Source: Sphaerodactylus townsendi (taxonomy: Eukaryota). Taken from it: a stretch of DNA of 64,000 nucleotides. Of this stretch, positions 49,236 through 63,077 are shown piece after piece. The DNA lies in assembly GCF_021028975.2 (NCBI RefSeq), contig NC_059433.1, forward strand, positions 29,264,001 through 29,328,000, in the 5' to 3' direction. The number at the start of each line of letters is the position of its first letter. Position 1 is the stretch's first letter. The notes beneath the pieces are model-generated. The model did not search any database. It had not been told where the DNA came from and saw nothing but the letters and a program-made list of their open reading frames with translations. Position numbers and translations under genes: made by a program.

Positions 49236-50799
49236 ATGTAGGGGGTGAATAAAATTCATGTCCAGATCCTAATTTTTTTCTTAATACTGTTATTGAAAAT
49301 ATATTATGCCCAGTAGTATGCTAATCACTTTACCCAGAATTGAGAAAATCCCCTGCCCCCCACCCCCCCAAGTACTGGACATACAAGATAAAAGATAAGG
49401 GAAGAGGGCAAGAATTGGCAAGTGCGTTGTGAGAGGATGAGGGACAGCATCAGATGGCAATTTGTCTGAATTGCCTACAATCTGACAGGAGTTTAAATGT
49501 TCGTGCTGTTTGCCCAAATAGTCGTGCTGTTTGCCAAATCGGTGCAGCACTGCTGATGCTAGTGCAGCTGTAGTTGATAGTCTGAAGAGCCTTCATAGGG
49601 CCTGTTGGATTGAGAAGTGTTCTCTCTCTGCTCCTGCAGGATTCTAATTTTTCATCTTGAGGGGAAACAAAATGCTGGTTCTGCAAAAGGCACAGAAAAT
49701 GTTATCTTGGGGATACTAATAGAATGGGATCCATTTCACAGTAAGTAAGATTGCTATTTTGTTGTGAACTTCCTTGAGGTTTCCGTAGAGTCACATGGTA
49801 GGATATTTATATAAGATGATTGGACACAAAATTGCTTGGAAGGAAACCTGTATGTCAGCTAGCCTGTTTTTCAAATACATAGGATGAGACTTCAAGGTTA
49901 AATCTGTAGAATAAGAAATGTGAATTTGCATTTTGCCAAGACTGCTCATTTACCATTAACCAGGACAGTTTTGTCTTTTAAAAAAAGCAAACCTGATATG
50001 GATCTGGGGAAAAAAATACACATATTTTAGAAATGCTGACAGGAATTCCAGTTATGATAATAGGCATGGTGGGAAATGGCTGCCAAATGTTTAAATTATT
50101 AAAACAGAAGCAGAAAACCAATGTTAAAATTAGATAAAATTAAATAGTATGTAGTTCTCAAATGTGCTTGCAGTACAATCTTCTCACTCCTTCCTTCCTT
50201 CCTGACCTTCATCGGCAGGTGTTGTTTTAGGTTGCTATAGCATTTTAGGTAGCTGGGTTTTCTCTCTGTTTGCAGAATCTTCTACCTTAGCACTGTGTAA
50301 CCTCACTGTGTGATTTTTAAAAAATCTGCAAGGGGGGGCATATATGGTTAGATACAAAAATCTGGATGGTTCACAGTTCTAGAGGACTCTGGGATGGGGA
50401 TGCATTCAGGAGGGAAAACAGTCATATATCTTAGGCTAGCTGAATGTCACTTATTCATTCATTCATTCAGAACGAACAACTCCTGGATCTATGTATTCCT
50501 TTTTCATCAAGCTGCAAAACTTCGGTAACTGCCACTTTTTCCACACCTTGCCAATAAAGTTAAGGTGAAAATCTGTGAAGCTTAAAAAAAATTTTTTTTT
50601 CAAAAATCTTCCTTGTCATGATATGCTACATGGAGCATCCACTGCTTCACATTTAAAAAAGAAAACACTACCTATCAGTAGTGTGGTTGCTGGTGATTAT
50701 TTTTGGTGTTTTTAATTTTAAAAAGCACTTTAAAAATCTGCTCATGGAAGAGGTTACTTTTGGGGATGCTTCTTTGGCATTCCCCCCCAACTTTTTCAT

Positions 50800-51208
50800 A
50801 GGAGATATCGGCCCAAATGGGCCTCGGTTGTGCAGAGAGAAAACTCGAATCGGTGGCTGCGCCTTTTTGCTCTGGTCATGCGCGTGGGCGAACTGGCGCG
50901 CGCTAGGACCCGGAGGACAGCAGGCGGTCCTTCCCATTGACGGAGGCGCTGCTGGCTGCCGTGACGTCACAAAGGCAAGGCTGGCTCTCTTGTTGCTGGA
51001 CGCTCCACTGCCGATTGTCACCCGTCGCTCGGGCAGGCGGCGGTCGTGGGAGCGGCAGGGCGGGAAGAGGCGCTGCAGCCGCAGGAGCATCTGGGGAGGC
51101 GGCGGGGGCTGCGGCCGCTCCCGTAGCTGGAAGCAGCTGGATGCGGCGGTGTGGATGGAAGGGGCCCTCGGGAGGGGAACTCGTGCTGAGAAGTGGCACC
51201 AAGAAGAG
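50800..51208 (+). promoter_or_regulatory. SLC66A2 CpG-island promoter and non-coding exon 1
   Basis: CpG island with a perfect CRE/ATF palindrome GTGACGTCAC (50961-50970) and a donor GAG|GTGAGG at 51208/51209. Confidence 0.75.
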
Positions 51209-51805
51209 GTGAGGGGAGAGAGCCGCTAAATTAATCCAGATCCCCCCCCCACCCCCCTTCCTGGCCTGGGCTGGCTTTGTTTTTCTCCTCTGGGGGAAGG
51301 AGGGCAGTTTGGTGGAGTTGCTAAGGATGAGTATGAAGGGAACGGAGGACGTGGGCTGCAGCTTGCCATTGCAAAAGCATGCATCAATTACTTTGGGAAA
51401 AAGTGAAGCCACTTTCTTTCCGGGGAAGGAGGGTGGGAGGAGGAAGAGGAAGAAGGGGAACTCCTAGCAAGCCTTTGTGGCTTACTGCAATCCTGGTGGG
51501 CACAAGTTCTGCATTGTCTTCTCGAAGTGGGATAGCTCCATCACTTTCTTTTTCCAGGAGTTCACAGTTAAACTCGTAGGTCCAGAGTTGTACATATGAA
51601 AGGTGATTCCCCAGAGTGGAATCTGGACACACTGCGCGTTCTTAGACATACTTGAGGTTGTCAGACCCTATTCTAAAGCAGAATAGGGGCTATTTTCACA
51701 GGTGCTATTTCTTCCTCATGGCAGTATTTTCTTTTTCTTTCAGTCATTGTTCTTTCCTTGCTTTTCTGTTTTTATGTCTGGCAGGCGTTCAGAGTGCTGG
51801 TAAGA

Positions 51806-52100
51806 GAGGCAGCATGGTGCAGCTATTAGGAGCAGTGGGCTCTAATCTGGAGAACTGGGTTTGATCCCCCACTCCTCCACTTGAATGGCAGACCCTTGTC
51901 TGGTGAACTAGATGTGTTTCCGCACTCCTACGTTCCTGTTGGGTGACTTTGGGCCAGTCACAGTTTGTTCAGAACTCTCTCAGCCCCACCTGCCTCACAA
52001 GGTGCCTGTTGTGGAGAGAGAAAGGGAAAGGAGTTTGTAAACCCCTTTGAGACTTCTTACAGGACAGAAAGGCAGGGTATGAATTCAAACTCTTCTTTTC
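51806..52100 (+). mobile_element. tRNA-derived SINE (Squam3-like)
   Basis: A/B-box-like head GCATGGTGCAG...GGTTTGATCCCC; tail TTCAAACTCTTCTT. Confidence 0.75.
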
Positions 52101-52499
52101 ATGGGTTCCCATTCAACTGCTCACCCACCTCTATGAGCTCGAGTAGATTTTGTGTTTGATTTACACACTTTGCAGTTTGGAAGTCCATGACTTTTCTGTG
52201 AAGTTTCTCCTCATGTGAATGGTCTTGCAAATAGTATCATGGGTAGGTCATGACACAGTACTCTCTGAAAAACCTTCAAAAGTGGAACGGCCTCAGAGGT
52301 GTCAGTTGACAAATTGAAAATATAATTGACAAGGTTCGTTCACCAAAAATCTCATCATGTTAACTTCGTCTTGGAAAAGATGGTTGTGTTAATTGGATTT
52401 GGATTTGGATTGCAACTCAGATTTCAGAACATAATGATATTCTTGAGGCAATATTAATCCTGGGGTGAAGCAATATTAATCCTGGGGTGTTTCCCTGGA

Positions 52500-52601
52500 A
52501 TGCAGGTGAAATGTCAGGAGAAAATGCTACTAGAACACGGCCATACAGCCCGGAAACCACACAGCACCCCAGTAATTCTGGCCTTGGAAGCCTTCGACAA
52601 T
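52500..52601 (+). mobile_element. Penelope-like terminal fragment, truncated within the hammerhead motif
   Basis: TGCAGGTGAAATGTCAGGAGAAAATGCTACTAGAACACGGCCATACAGCCCGGAAACCACACAGCACCCC...CCTTCGACAAT. Confidence 0.8.
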
Positions 52602-53246
52602 CTTAATCCTGTTTCCAGTAGAAGGGTGTCTACATCAAATGAACCATTTCAGTGAAACATGATCTTGTTTGTACTACTGTTGAGTAACAGTACTTCCTTA
52701 AATGGAGTTAAACCCTTAAAAGTCAATAGATTTGGAAGACTGCAACTCTCCTTAGTGACCCCACTCAATTATCCTGACCCTGAAAGTGGATGCAAATGGT
52801 TGTAAATAGTATTGGAAAATCTCTCGCTTTCTACTATACATCTCTTGTTAATTGTATTGTTAAGGGGATAGTATCATGGGGACCTATATAGTATTCTTTG
52901 GTACGTTTGAGAAATTCTGGAATCAGGAATCTAATGAATGAACCATCTATATTTCATGACTGAAAATCACATGGGATTTGTAGAGTATTAAGAAAAATTT
53001 GCTTAGGGGTGATAAACTCTTTCACAAACTGAACAATAACATGGTAGGTATGGCATACATTAAGGCAAGACTTAACTCGGGCTCATTTTCCTAAAAGCCT
53101 CGTAATTTGACTAACCTGATGAAATTAGTTTATAATCTTAGGAAGTACTGAGAGCCTTTGCTATTTTTGTGAGTTGATTTCCTCTTTCTTTTGTTAGGGT
53201 TGTTTGAAGAATGACACGCACGCTGTGGGAAGGTTGATATGAATAA

Positions 53247-53531
<285 letters not shown>

Positions 53532-54054
53532 TAAGTTGACTGGCTTTTCTAAAAATATGAATTTTTCTCTGTTTTAGCTTTTGTGGAAAATGGACATGAA
53601 GATACTATGAACGAAATACACAAAATTTGTCTCCAGTGCGAACAAATGAAAGTGATTTGGGCTGCTGAGTTTTGTTTGTTGTAGGTTTCTGCGTCTTTAA
53701 AGACAAGCTAAGCATATTTCATATTAAACTTAGTGAGGATGATTTGGGCAGCCAAATAGTTGGGAAATATCTCTTTTTTCTTTAAAATTGTGGTATTACA
53801 TGAAGGCACGTTAATGCTGTTGTATTAGAGAATTTGTGCAGCATTGAGCTGCTGGGTAGAAGAAAGATAAGCCTGAATAAAAACTTTTCTGCTAAACGGG
53901 TCTTGAAGTTAGCTGTGGAGCCGTTTGTAGCAATACATCTAGCAGTTTTGGAGAACTGAACCATAAGTTTTAGCATAACACAAAGCATACTCCATACTTG
54001 AAAATAGTGAGCATGAAGATATGAGGTGGGAATTAGGGGATGTTTCCAGTACTA

Positions 54055-54407
54055 TAGTTATCCCTTCCACATCGCAGATTTACCCATCGTGGTTTTGATA
54101 TATTACGGGCCAGCGTAGGAAATTAAATGGGAATTTTGGGGGAGTTTTTCAGAAGCCGCAGATGACATGCAATGGTCAGGAGACAACAGAGAAAAAATTT
54201 TGAAACTCAGTAATGCATGAAATATATGTTTAAAATTGTATATCAAAATTTTATCTTTTAATACCCAATTTCTTTTTTAAAGTTAAAATAAAAAAGAGAA
54301 AATTCAGACTCTCTGATATGGATAGAGGTTCAAAAAACGCATATGCTAATTTCTAGATCGCCGGGGGTGCTGTATGTCTAACCCCAGCAATGTGGAAGGG
54401 ATAACTA
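54055..54407. mobile_element. Tc/mariner (Tigger-like) MITE
   Basis: TIRs TAGTTATCCCTTCCACAT...ATGTGGAAGGGATAACTA; TA on the left flank. Confidence 0.75.
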
Positions 54408-55071
54408 TGAACTTTTTACATGGACATGAGATTATGAAATGTGTAGATTTCATCTTAATTCCTTCACAGACGTTTTTCTGTAGATTTATTAACATCAAGC
54501 ATAGATCATAATTTCCTCCATCTGTGATCAACTGGGGCTTTTTGGAATGTCTGCGCTGATATTCATGCAGTGAAAAATATTGTGTACATTTCATCATATC
54601 TTTATATCTACGGGAAGGTACTAAGTCAATTTCTGCATAAAGCTACAATCTTTGTAGGCCTTTTTAATATGAGCAGCCCTGGGAAGCTATTCTTCTGTAG
54701 TACTTTGTGGAGCACATTCATTAACTACCAGCTTCTTGCATTAGCCTTGTGAATTACATTACCATAATCTGACAAGATCCCTGCCTGAGGTTGGGTTTGA
54801 GTCTGGTACAATGTCAGTTGCACACTACTTGTTCCACCGCTGAAAGTCAGTGTGTACCTGCAAGTGTATATCTATTTTAGTTCCCAGTATAAACATTAAT
54901 TATGTTGCCTGTTGGGGTTTTTAAATAAAATTCCTACAAGATTAAATGGCATCATACCTCCTTGGTATCTAAATGAGCTACTATAGGTTTGGTTTGTCAT
55001 GTCAGTTTTTCAGAAAGTGACTTATTCATCAGAACATACATGTAAGTCTTATCAGAATATTAGAAGACTGT

Positions 55072-56128
55072 ATACTGTATGCAGATGATACAACAGTGAT
55101 TGGTCTCATTCGAGACAACGATGAAACCGCATACAGACGGGAGGTTGAACAACTAGCCTCGTGGTGCCACTGGAACAATCTAGAACTGAACACACTTAAA
55201 ACCGTAGAAATGGTGGTAGATTTCAGGAGAAACCCTCCCATCCTACCTCCTCTCACAATACTAGACAACACAGTATCAACAGTAGAGACCTTTAAATTTC
55301 TAGGCTCCATCATATCCTTATGACCTAAAATGGTCACCTAATATCAAAAATTCATCCAAAAAAGCACAACAAAGAATGTTCTTTTCTATACCAACTCAGG
55401 AAGCTCCAAACTGCCCAAGGAGCTGATACAGTTCTACAGAGGAATCATTGAGTCTGTCATCTGCACTCTCTATAACTGTGTGGTTTGGTTCCTGCAACCC
55501 TAACAAGATCGACACAGACTTCAGAGAATAATCAGAACTGCAGAAAAACAATTGCTGCTAACCTGCCTTCCATTGATGTGACCTGTATACTGCACGGTCA
55601 AAAAAAAAAGGGCTGTAGAAAATATTTACTGACCCCCTCGTGATCCTTGGACATAAACTGTTTCTAACTCTTACCTCTAAACGCCAAGCAGAACGAGCAC
55701 TGCACACCAAGACAACTAGACATAAGAACAGTTTTTTCCCTAATGCCATCACCTATTAAACAAATAATTCCCTCGGGATAATGTCAAACTATTTATTATA
55801 TATTTATTATATAATTACTGCACTACTTTTTTCATCATTCCTATTACCCATCTCCTCCCAATTATGACTGTATGACTATAGCCTGTGCTGACATTTCATT
55901 TTATTTTATGATTTTACATTTTATGTTTTTATTACTATTGATTGTTTCCTGATTGCTTACTAGACCTATATGACAATCATTAAGTGCTGTACCTTATGAT
56001 TCTTGACAAATGTATTTTCTTTTATGTACACTGAGAGCATATGCACCGGAGACAAATTCCTTGTGTGTCCAATCACACTTGGCCAATAAAGATTCTATTC
56101 TATTCTATTCTATTCTATTCTATTCTAA
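55072..56128 (+). mobile_element. 5'-truncated Rex1/Babar-like LINE
   Basis: LYADDTTVIGLIRDNDETAYRREVEQLASWCHWNNLELNTLKTVEMVVDFRR...FKFLG, then frameshifts. The 3' end has AATAAA followed by an (ATTCT)n tail. Confidence 0.85.
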
Positions 56129-59100
56129 TAGTTCTTCATTTCACATTGCTTTACTTTCTGTTCCTGAAATAGTTTCTTGGTTTGCTTTATTCCAATTGTG
56201 GCTGGTGTCCAGAGAATGTGAAAGTTCTGGCTCATGTTTGAAGGCTAAGTGTGTAAAGAACACAATCAATCTCTGAAGCTGTCCCCTTACATCTCATCTA
56301 CACAATCTTAATCTAGAAAACCCTTAAGTACAATCACTGTGTAACCTATTATCCTCTTAATGAGTACTACTACTTTAATTATTCTAGCCGGACATTTTCT
56401 GCTCATCTTAGCACAGGCAATAGGTCTCAATTACGCACAGTCATGTCCATGTGCTACCAAGTTTACAACAGGCATCATTAATTGTGGCCAGCTCCATGCA
56501 ACAAATTGTGCCCCCCCCTTTTCTATTTTTGCGGTGGGGGAAAAAGGACTGGCCCTATCTTATGACAGATCAAATGGAGATTGATGAATTTCTCGATTCA
56601 AGCTGGAATGCCAGGAGAGGATATCATTCTAGTATTTATGTCTCTATGCTCACTTTTACTATCTGCTTCTAAACTGTGCCTCATTGATGGTATCCAAGTC
56701 AGTAGACATAGGCGCCAAGGCATTCTCATAAGAAAACACAAGGCTCTTTCTCACTCTTTTTAACCACGGTGCATCTGGAAGCTTTCTGGCTTACTACCAA
56801 CTTGGTAAGGAGGATTTCATTCTTGAGCTAGCAAGGTAAATCTTTCTGACAAGAATTTTTCATGGAAGTAATGTGTCCTCATAGAACTGTGTACGCTTGA
56901 AGAACTGTGGTTGAATGTTCCTGTGCAGCAGTTCATTTTGTGGAAAGAGAGATCTGAGAAAGGATTGGTGCACCACAGTCTTGTAATTAACATCAGAGTG
57001 GACTGCCAGCGTACCATCTCTGCTTCATCTCACATGTTGTCTCAGAGTTGACCATTGGATAATTAGCTCATGCTTTTGGAGGGGGCTGGTTTTGATCTTT
57101 CTAGGACCTTCGGTTATTGATCACCAGAGGATGGAGACCAAAAGTATAGAGATGAATGAAGTTGGCTGGTTATTTAGGTTTGCATTCCAGTAATCATGTT
57201 GACGTATTTAGTTTGCCTTACTATAATTTGGTTGCATACATTTGTTAAAGCAGATTATATCATTTTCATGTTCTTATGTTTAGATTTAGAGGGGCAGAGA
57301 TGGGGTGGGATGGAGAATACTCTTAGCACTTTAACACTTTAATATGTGATAACTTGCTATTGAAAATAAATAAGAGCTGGTATGATAGATCTAAGCTAAT
57401 CTTGTATTTTAAGACTATTTAATGAGCCTAAAAACATTTGTATGAAAAATCATGACTCTTTAGGCATCTGACATGTCAGTGTGGCATATATTTAAAATTT
57501 TTAGTCTGAAAATATTTTATGATATGAAGAAGTTTCACTATAATGTACTTAAAACTGCGATGTTTTCACCCTATATCCAGTTTTTGCTTATGATGTGTAA
57601 CTTGGTATTATAGCAGTACTAACACTTGTCATTTTTATCTCTGGCGCCTAATGGTATTTGTTGTCCTGTTTCTTGAGGGAAACTTCCATTGCTATGCCAG
57701 GTCAGCTTTTAGATTTTATCTAATTTTCACAGTTCTGCTGAAAATGTGTACGCCCAAAGAGCTCAAATAATAGAAGGCACAAAACTCTCACACTTTAATT
57801 AGAAACTTGCTTAAGCTGATCTCACTACTTGGAATGTAATTTTTGCCATTTAAAGTGGGCAGTGTTATGTAATTTTTCTTGTAGGAGGTGCTCGAAGAAC
57901 AGTTTGTCATTTTTAACTTTTCTGATGGTTTTACAGTTATCCAAAATCTCAGCAACACCTCGAGTAGTGTGACTTCCTGCACGGAATATGATCTTTTACA
58001 ACTGTACATTCCAGTGTGGAATTCTGTGGCAGACAAACACTTTTATTCTATAGTTTCTGTCTTCACACAGAGGAAAACGTCTATGCCCTACAGATCCCAT
58101 GCTTCTGACCTAGCATTGGGCAAATTTTCTGCATTTTAAACATCGCTCAGATGTCTTCTGATCTTAAGGCCCTGGAGCTCAACTGGCCCTCTCTTCCTTT
58201 TTAAGTTGTTCTTTGATACCTGTAGACAAGTCAGGCAAGATTGATGATTGACACTTCATGTAGCAAGGGTATTTAGAGTGGCAAATGCCATTAAGTGTGA
58301 AATGGAAAGGCGTTAGTGCATGAGAGCAATTCAAATTAAGTGGTGCTTGGGTTTGCAATAGCTTTTTAATATGTGCAGAAAGGACAGTATTCACTCATCT
58401 TCCAATACATGCTGGTCCTAGGAATAATGAGATGCCAGGTAATCGTTATTTCCTTGCCCGTGAACTTCTGATCTCTGTCTTGCTTCTTTCAGTTTCTCCC
58501 TGGATAGACCCAAGCGATTTCCATTCTGACCAAGAACTGATATGTTGAGATCAAGCAAAGCACTGTAAATCTTCTCTTCCCCCTTTTCCCTACAACATGT
58601 TACTGAGGCTTCTCCATATCAGTTTTCATAACTATAAAGAAACTGTTTATTGACTGATCCACAAATCTTAAACAGAAAAACACTTCCCACATCTGTTCAC
58701 TGGTGCCTATTTAGATAGGGCGATTGTATCTCTTCATGCAATGCAGAAACAGGAACTTGGATATGAGCCAACATTTGCTGTTGATTACATTGGATTTTAT
58801 TGCAAATCCTGGGTCTGACTTTCTGAAAGGATTGGTGGCCGCCAAATTCTTCCTTCCAGTATTGCCTGAGGGAGAGTCTGATGGCGGCTGTTGCTTTCTG
58901 TTCAGTCCTGCAGTCTATAGGTCTGACAGCATTAGCTCATTACATATTTAAAACCTGGAATCCTAATGGGGTTGTTTCCACACTGGTCTCTTTTCTCTAC
59001 AATTAACACTATTCATTATCTCAGCTCTTATGGAGAATTCTGATGATGTTGCTGACTTGCTGCCAAGCAGTTACATTCCATTATTTTGTGTTGTGACTCC

Positions 59101-61138
59101 ATGTCCCCCCATTTTCTCACAGCTGATTTCCAATGATCATTGGGGACTTTGAATGAAATGGCAGGCACTAATTGTTCAGCGTGGTCTGGCAAAGGGCTAT
59201 TCATGTAAGCTAATGGTCAAGTGGTCAAATTGGCAAACCCCTGGGTAGGGCAGAGGTATCTTGATGGAAGCCAGAGGCAACATAGGTGCTGTGCTAACCA
59301 CATAGCACTAAGAGATGCTGGGAAGGGGTTAAGGGAACATGCCAGTTCTCAGTGGGCACTGGGAAGGGATTGGAGGCAGGAGCCCCCAGTGTGGTGCCTG
59401 TAGGTACCCTGATGCCCAGCACCACTTCTGGTGCCCTCCAAATGCTTTTAGAGAGTAGGTGGAACCAGGTGAGGCTTTTGACCAGCAAGGCTTCTGATTG
59501 GCCACTGGAGATTTGATTGGCTTTTTAGGTTTTTTAAAAAAATGTTGCTTTGGTAGCAGCTGCCACCACAATCTAAGCCTGGACAGCCTTTTCATGGCTA
59601 ACTCTGCCCCCTGCGGCAGCCATTTTGTGTCTGTACCCAACACACTGCATCAAAAGGCAACTGCAGGCTCAAAAAGATTGGGGACTCCTGGCCTAGGGTG
59701 CATGTGCATAGGGGAGGGGGGGTAGGTGGGTTAAAATTTCTTTCCTTTCCAATGTAGCACTCTTACAATTATGAAAAAGAAAACTAAAGAAGCAAGGAAG
59801 TGAGGGGAATGTATTAATTATACAACCAAATACCATTGGCTGGAAAGAAACTCAACAAAGAAATAGTTGAACGAGTAGATCTAGAACCCTGCAACCTGAG
59901 GCACTTTCTAGAAAGTAAATCCCATTGATACAGATGGCACTTACTGCAGAATAAACATTCATGGGATGTTGCTGTAAGAGTGCAGTCCTGAGTCACTGAT
60001 GTGTTGCCTTTTTAGTGACAAGACTGCTGCGAGAAATATGGTGCTATATTAGATAGTGTATTTTATTAGATTTAATCTCCTGCCCTCCCTGGCCAGAGCC
60101 GGGCTCAGGGTCGCGAACAAACATATTCTGATAACATTCCATACGACTGTCCCTTACTGAAGTGCAGCAATAACTCAGCATTTTCCTGGTTCTTGATGTG
60201 TTAGGGGTTTTCATATAAGCAGTTCCCTGTGAAAAGGGTCTGCATTATTCATGGACTTATTGTAATCAATCCCTGTACATACAGCCAGAGGTATCCTTGA
60301 GGCAGATGGGGGTGGGGGGAGTCTGCTTCCCATTCTTGAGCATTAAGCGTATGTGGTGATTTCCCAGAAGCAGTGCCATCTTTGGCTTCCTCATTGAATG
60401 AGGAATGCATGTATAAAGTACGGATCACTTTTCTTTAAAAAAAGAGGGGGGGGGGAGCCCAGTGGCGATTACAGTTTATCCAGTGCTGTTAACATTGCTA
60501 TTGTCTGTTTTTAAACTCTCCTACCGCAACACGTGTTGTTCAAATACTGCTCTTACTTAGTTGACTAAGTTCAAATCTAGGTCTAGTCTTAACAGCAGTA
60601 TTTTATAAAGATCAAAAATATATGGAGGCATGATTGGATTGTAGTATATCTGAAATAAAGGAGTTAAGGATAATATATATATGCTGAATTGGCTGGACTC
60701 ACGAAAGGACATTGACTACTAGTGTTCCAATATTGCTAGGTTTGTTGCCCTTCATATGCATCATGAAGATAGTATTGTATGACCAGTAATTGTCTTCATT
60801 CAGTTTCCTTCCTTAAATAATGAGCGAAACATCTTCCTGGTTTACACTTGTGCTCAAAATTTCTCTGTTTCAAAAATCTCAGATTTTTTTTTTTGCATTT
60901 CTTCAGTTTCCAACATATTCAGTTCAGTTTTTAAGTGCTTAGTCTCCTTCAAAAAATTTTTTATCCAGAAACTTTTTGTTGTCATTTTTTCTAAAATATT
61001 GTTTGTTTTTTCCATTCTTCTTTCTTCTGCTCTACAGCTATGTGTATTAGTTTTCCTCTCACATAAGCTTTGCTTTTTCCCAAATCGGAGTAGTAGACAT
61101 TCCTTCAGTCCTATTAATGTTAAAGAATTCGTCTAAAC

Positions 61139-61463
61139 CAGGGGTTGGCAACCCTCAGCTACAGAGCCGCATGTGGCTCTTTCGTCCTCATACTGCGGCT
61201 CCGCAGCGGCGACGCCAACGACGTCTGGCGCCTGGGAAGGAAAGGAAAGGACGCCAGAGGGAGGGAGGGAGGGAGGGAGGGAGGAGGGGGTGGGGAAGGA
61301 GGCACGCTCGCTGCGTCCCAAGTGCAACTTGCTGTTGTTGGTGTCGCCGCCACTGTCTATCCCGCCTGCTTGGCTGAAGGCAGGGCTTGGGGAGGCCGGG
61401 GCAAGGGTAGGGCTTGGGGAGCCGGGGCCAAATGGCTCTTTGGGTGCCGGTCTTAAACCCCTG
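61139..61463. mobile_element. hAT-type MITE with a GC-rich interior
   Basis: CAGGGGTTGGCAACC...AAACCCCTG; flanks GTCTAAAC / GTCTTAAAC. Confidence 0.6.
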
Positions 61464-61751
61464 GTCTTAAACCTTTCTTACATTTCTCCACTATTTCTCC
61501 TTGCAGCAAAAATTTGGCATTTAATCTCCATCTTCTTTCTGTAGGCTTGATCCATTACCATGTCACTTATAGTGGATTATGATCCGCTAAAGTCTTTGGT
61601 AATTTATCAGTCTTCACTAGGTTTGTAAACAAAGTTTTCGAAATCCAACATATATTTATTCTTGAGTAAATTTAATGTCTGTCTCAGAAAAAAGTATAGT
61701 CCAAGGATCCATTAAATTCAATATTTCCATATACATAAAGACATTTTTGGT

Positions 61752-62105
61752 ATATTGTCGAAGGCTTTCACGGCCGGATTCAACTAGTTCTGGTGGGTTT
61801 TCCGGGCTGTGTGGCCGTGGTCTGGTGGATTTTGTTCCTAACGTTTCGCCTGCATCTGTGGCTGGCATCTTCAGAGGTGTATCACAGAGAAAAGTCTGTT
61901 TCACACTGTGTCTATGTGAGAAGGGAAAGTTTAGTGGGGTATATTGTCTATGTCCCACGGTGGGGAACCAATCATTAAGTGTTTGGGTGAAACTTGCTAT
62001 GAAAAGGTGTGGTTGAGTGCAGTGTATTGCGGGTGGGGTTATCAGTCCACTTCTCCCTTAGACACAGTGTGAAACAGACTTTTCTCTGTGATACACCTCT
62101 GAAGA
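61752..62105 (-). mobile_element. Penelope-like element fragment with an inverted partial pseudo-LTR
   Basis: Same terminus family as the 18.9 kb copy; perfect 47-bp inverted repeat at 61868-61914 / 62059-62105. Confidence 0.8.
61837..61877 (-). ncRNA. Minimal type I hammerhead ribozyme motif (Penelope-borne)
   Basis: CCU-CUGAAGA-U-GCC(loop)GGC-GAAA-C-GUU-AGG: intact core, 3-bp stems I and II. Confidence 0.65.
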
Positions 62106-63077
62106 CTTTTCATATTATTCAATAAATATTCATCTTGATTTTATATGGATGTCTTGTATAGTAATAGTAGTTTAGTAATCCTCCCAAGGTGATTAAGTAG
62201 AAATAAGTTCTCCAAACTACTAGAATAAATGAAAAAGGGATTTGGGTACTCATATTTCAGGTGAAATTTGGGGGTGGCTTTAGCAGTATACCAACATTAA
62301 CATGTGAACATACACACACATCCTGTTCCTTTTTTCTGTTTCTGTCTCCTTGTCATTTCAGCAATGGCTACTGTTTTTTTTTCTCCACTGTCATCTGCCC
62401 CCCAACTGTTATTCCTTCTTTCTGTGTGTCTCTCTTTTTTCTATTTCATCCACCCTGCCAGTCCTTCTCACACCCACACAAATTGTCATTCTATTTCTCC
62501 TACTCCCCCTACTCATCTGCCTGCCTCCCGTTGCCTGTATAGTCTCCAAACAATGCCAGGGGGACCTCTCACTTGCTTGCCTCCCACGGCTCCTCCCCAA
62601 CAGTACCTATGGTCCTGTGGAGGTCAACTATCTTCTTAGGCTTAGTTCGTTCAGCTCTCATTGCAGATAGTGGGTGCTTACTCTACCTCCCCACCTGCCT
62701 TACTGCTGCCACCTCTCTGTACCTCTTCCAGCCCCAGCTTCTCTGTCCCTGGAGGGTGCTGCATTATGTTATTGTCTCATTTCAAGCTGAGCTCAGCTGC
62801 CTCTTTTCAGGCTGAATATCTTTCCTACTACTTCCTCCATCCCCAGCCACCTTTCAGCTGGTCTGCAGCTGCCTTTTGGCAGCCCTGGAGTAGGTCTCGC
62901 TCCTTCCTCAGCATCTGAGGGTCTTTCTAGCCTGGCTGTCTTTTTCTACAGCTGGAAAGTCATCCTGGCAACCAAGAGCTGCTCCAAGCATCTTGTGGAG
63001 GCTGAGCCAGGGGCCATTCCAAGCGTCCTGGCCTCCATCTGTAGCTGGACCCTGTCCACTAACAGTAAATCCTAGAA

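Noticed and set aside
50668-51412. 140-182 aa ORFs on both strands at the SLC66A2 promoter
   Set aside because: Typical stop-poor CpG-island ORFs with low-complexity composition and no recognisable homology.
62261-62918. Overlapping Pro/Ser/Leu-rich ORFs
   Set aside because: A pyrimidine-rich low-complexity tract with no SLC66A2 exon 3-like peptide.
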